Shown here: positions 61,717 through 64,000 of the stretch, piece by piece
Layout of the letters: every line of letters begins with the position of its first letter
How positions within the stretch are numbered: position 1 is the stretch's first letter
Source: Octopus vulgaris
Taxonomy: Eukaryota
Direction of reading: 5' to 3'
Length of the DNA: 64,000 nucleotides
Assembly (NCBI GenBank): GCA_951406725.2
Contig: OX597836.1
Location: 9,486,001-9,550,000, forward strand
Notes under the pieces: generated by a model
Databases searched by the model: none
What the model was told of the DNA's origin: nothing
Seen by the model: only the letters and a program-made list of their open reading frames with translations
Program-made: the position numbers and the translations under genes

Positions 61717-61886
61717 CATATATACGACAGGCTTCTTTCAGTTTCCGTCTACCAAATCCACTCACAAGGCATTGGTCGGCCCGGGGCTATAGCAGAAGAC
61801 ACTTGCTCAAGGTGCCACGCAGTGGGACTGAACCCGGAACCATGTGGTTGGTTAGCAAGCTACTTACCACACAGCCACTCCTGCGC
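61475..61886 (-). mobile_element. SINE family A, full length
   Basis: Reverse complement of family consensus. Confidence 0.92.
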
Positions 61887-62264
61887 TTGGTTATGCTTTG
61901 TATGCCCTTTTGATCATCTAGACGGGATGAGATGTCAGACTATTCTGTACGCCATGTTTTTACTGGTAACATACATTCCAAGTAGCTAAGGTGGTTATTC
62001 CTCATAACTAGGTGAACTCAAGTTGTTTAGCATACAACTAAAGGTCCTAGGTTAAGAGACACACCCCAACCACTTGAAATGGTCTTTTACTGTGAAATTT
62101 GTAATTGGTGTATGTTAACCTCTTAACATACACATTTTTTTTGTTTTTCAATTTCTATGCAAAAAATATTTTTTTTTATTATTCATTTTGAATCTGTAAA
62201 TAAGGAAGAACAATTACACAAATTATTTTGGATCAGTTTATGATTTATTATGAGGTTACTGATA

Positions 62265-62673
62265 GGCGTAGGAATGGCTGTGTGGTAAGTAGCTTGCTTA
62301 CGAACTACATGGTTCCGGGTTCAGTCCCACTGCGTGGGACCTTGGGCAAGTGTCTTCCACTATAGCCTCGGGCCGACCAAAGCCTTGTGAGTGGATTTGG
62401 TAGACGAAAACTGAAGGAAGCCCATCATGTGTGTATATATATATGTATGTGCGTGTATATGTTTGTGTGTCTGTGTTTGTCCCCCCAACATCGCTTGACA
62501 ACCGATGGTAGTGTGTTTACGTCTCCGTAACTTAGCGGTTCAGCAAAAGAGACCAATAGAATAAGTACTAGGCTTACAATGAATAAGTCCTGGGGTCGAT
62601 TTGCTTGACTAAAGGCGGTGCCCCAGCATGGCCACAGTCAAATGACTGAAACAAGTAAAAGAGCAAAAGAGTA
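62265..62673 (+). mobile_element. SINE family A, full length
   Basis: Head GGCGTAGGAATGGCTGTGTGG to AAAAGAGTA tail. Confidence 0.92.
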
Positions 62674-62839
62674 TAGAAATTCTAGTTGCTGATAGTTGAT
62701 ATTAGAAAACAGGAATACCATCACAAACGAAGTATTTTGGGTTAGAAATAAGTTGCAGATATCCCCAGACTACGGTGAACATACATTTTCGTTCAAATAT
62801 TTATTTACCAGACATCTCTGAATCAAAATATACAGGATA

Positions 62840-63330
62840 ATGTGTTATCTCCTCAAAGACATACAGCATCTCGAAAGAGTCCAGAAGCTGGCTACCCGCA
62901 TGGTTCATGGTCTCAAGAATTTGTCTTATGAAGAAAGGCTGAAGACGCTCGACCTTTATTCTCTAGAAAAACGCCGCCGCCGTGGTGATCTCATTCTCGC
63001 TCACAACATCATAAGCAGAAAGTGTAACCTCTCGAAAGAGCTGTTCTTCACTCCTGCTCCAGAGCGTCGGCTGCTGGGTCACTCCGAAAAGCTCTACCTG
63101 CGACGATTTCATCTCAATCGAAGGAGAGGAGCTTTCTCCGTCTGGGTTGCGGATCCGTGGAACAAGCTGCCAGACGAGATGGTGAAGATGCCGACGACCG
63201 CTTTGTTCAAAGTCTCCCTTGACCTCAAGTGGCCTGAACTCTTTGCATGAACACCACCCTGTACTTAACTCCATGTCCCCCTACATGGCCTTGCTTTTTG
63301 CTTTTGAGCCAAAAAATTAACTAACTAATT
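62840..63330 (+). mobile_element. CR1-clade LINE 3' end
   Basis: KDIQHLERVQKLATRMV..LSYEERLKTLDLYSLEKRRRRGDLI..WNKLP; short 3' UTR ending in (CTAA)n. Confidence 0.92.
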
Positions 63331-63378
63331 AAGAGGTTAAGTTGTAAATGAATTTATCCTCCTTGTCACCATCATCGT

Positions 63379-63608
63379 TTAACCCTTTAGTGTTCGCATC
63401 ATTCTACCAAAATTAATGCTTTTTCATCCACTTTGTTTTGAACTAATCAGGCATTAATGTTGTAGCTATGAGAATTTGATGAGGTAGCTGTTAATTTTTA
63501 AAATGATATTGTAGGGTTGGTGTGAGAGACCAGATCTGGCCAGTTTGAACATAAAACAGGCAGAATACTTTTGACCGGATACGGCCGGTTTAAATGCTAA
63601 AGGATTAA
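63379..63608. mobile_element. TTAA-flanked MITE, family 1
   Basis: TTAACCCTTTAGTGTT ... AATGCTAAAGGATTAA. Confidence 0.75.
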
Positions 63609-64000
63609 CTCTTTAGCTTTCAGACTACTTTGGTAAATGTAATGCATATTTTTATTTTACTTTTACTTGTTTCAATCATTTGACTGTGGCCATGCTGGAG
63701 CACTGCCTTAACCCTTTCGGTACCATATTTATTTTGAGATGTTCTGTGTTTCTTTAAATTATTTTAAATATAACAAAGAATTTAGTAAAATAACTTTGTT
63801 ATCATTAAGCTAGTGTTAGGAACATAGATTGTACAAACCCTAATTTGTATACCAGTCTCACTTTGATGGCATGCACTGCTCTCTCAATAATAATAATAAT
63901 AATAATTATTATTATAATAAGATGATATTAGATATTATATGAGAGGGTACTAAAAAGTTCCTGGTTTTAAGGGTATCACAAAAGGCCTGGTTGGAGGACC

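Overview
AT-rich (microsatellite- and repeat-dense) eukaryotic DNA, most likely an Octopus/coleoid cephalopod genome (inferred from the tRNA-SINE, RTE-LINE and MITE families; not verified). Most six-frame ORFs are microsatellite or transposon artefacts. Supported host genes: two near-identical copies of a type II membrane fucosyltransferase-superfamily gene lying in a recent duplication (1-8209 vs 24924-32985; the second copy is modelled as 22428-22460 + 30794-31951, 396 aa), a two-coding-exon leucine-rich-repeat gene (39197-39925 + 42545-43042, about 408 aa) and a probable orphan first coding exon (50499-50559). The rest is decayed mobile DNA: RTE, CR1-like, Hero (R2-group) and Dong/R4 LINEs, several SINE families, a full-length dead mariner, Helitrons, and hAT/piggyBac/Tc1/Mutator-like MITEs, often nested. 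The most notable unannotated signal is a set of minimal type I hammerhead ribozyme motifs (41383-41464 +, 44842-44885 -, 48227-48309 -, plus a degenerate one inside a hairpin at 59649-59768) carried by short non-coding elements, one of which may be a tRNA-headed SINE. All comparisons were made by eye; repeat boundaries are approximate.
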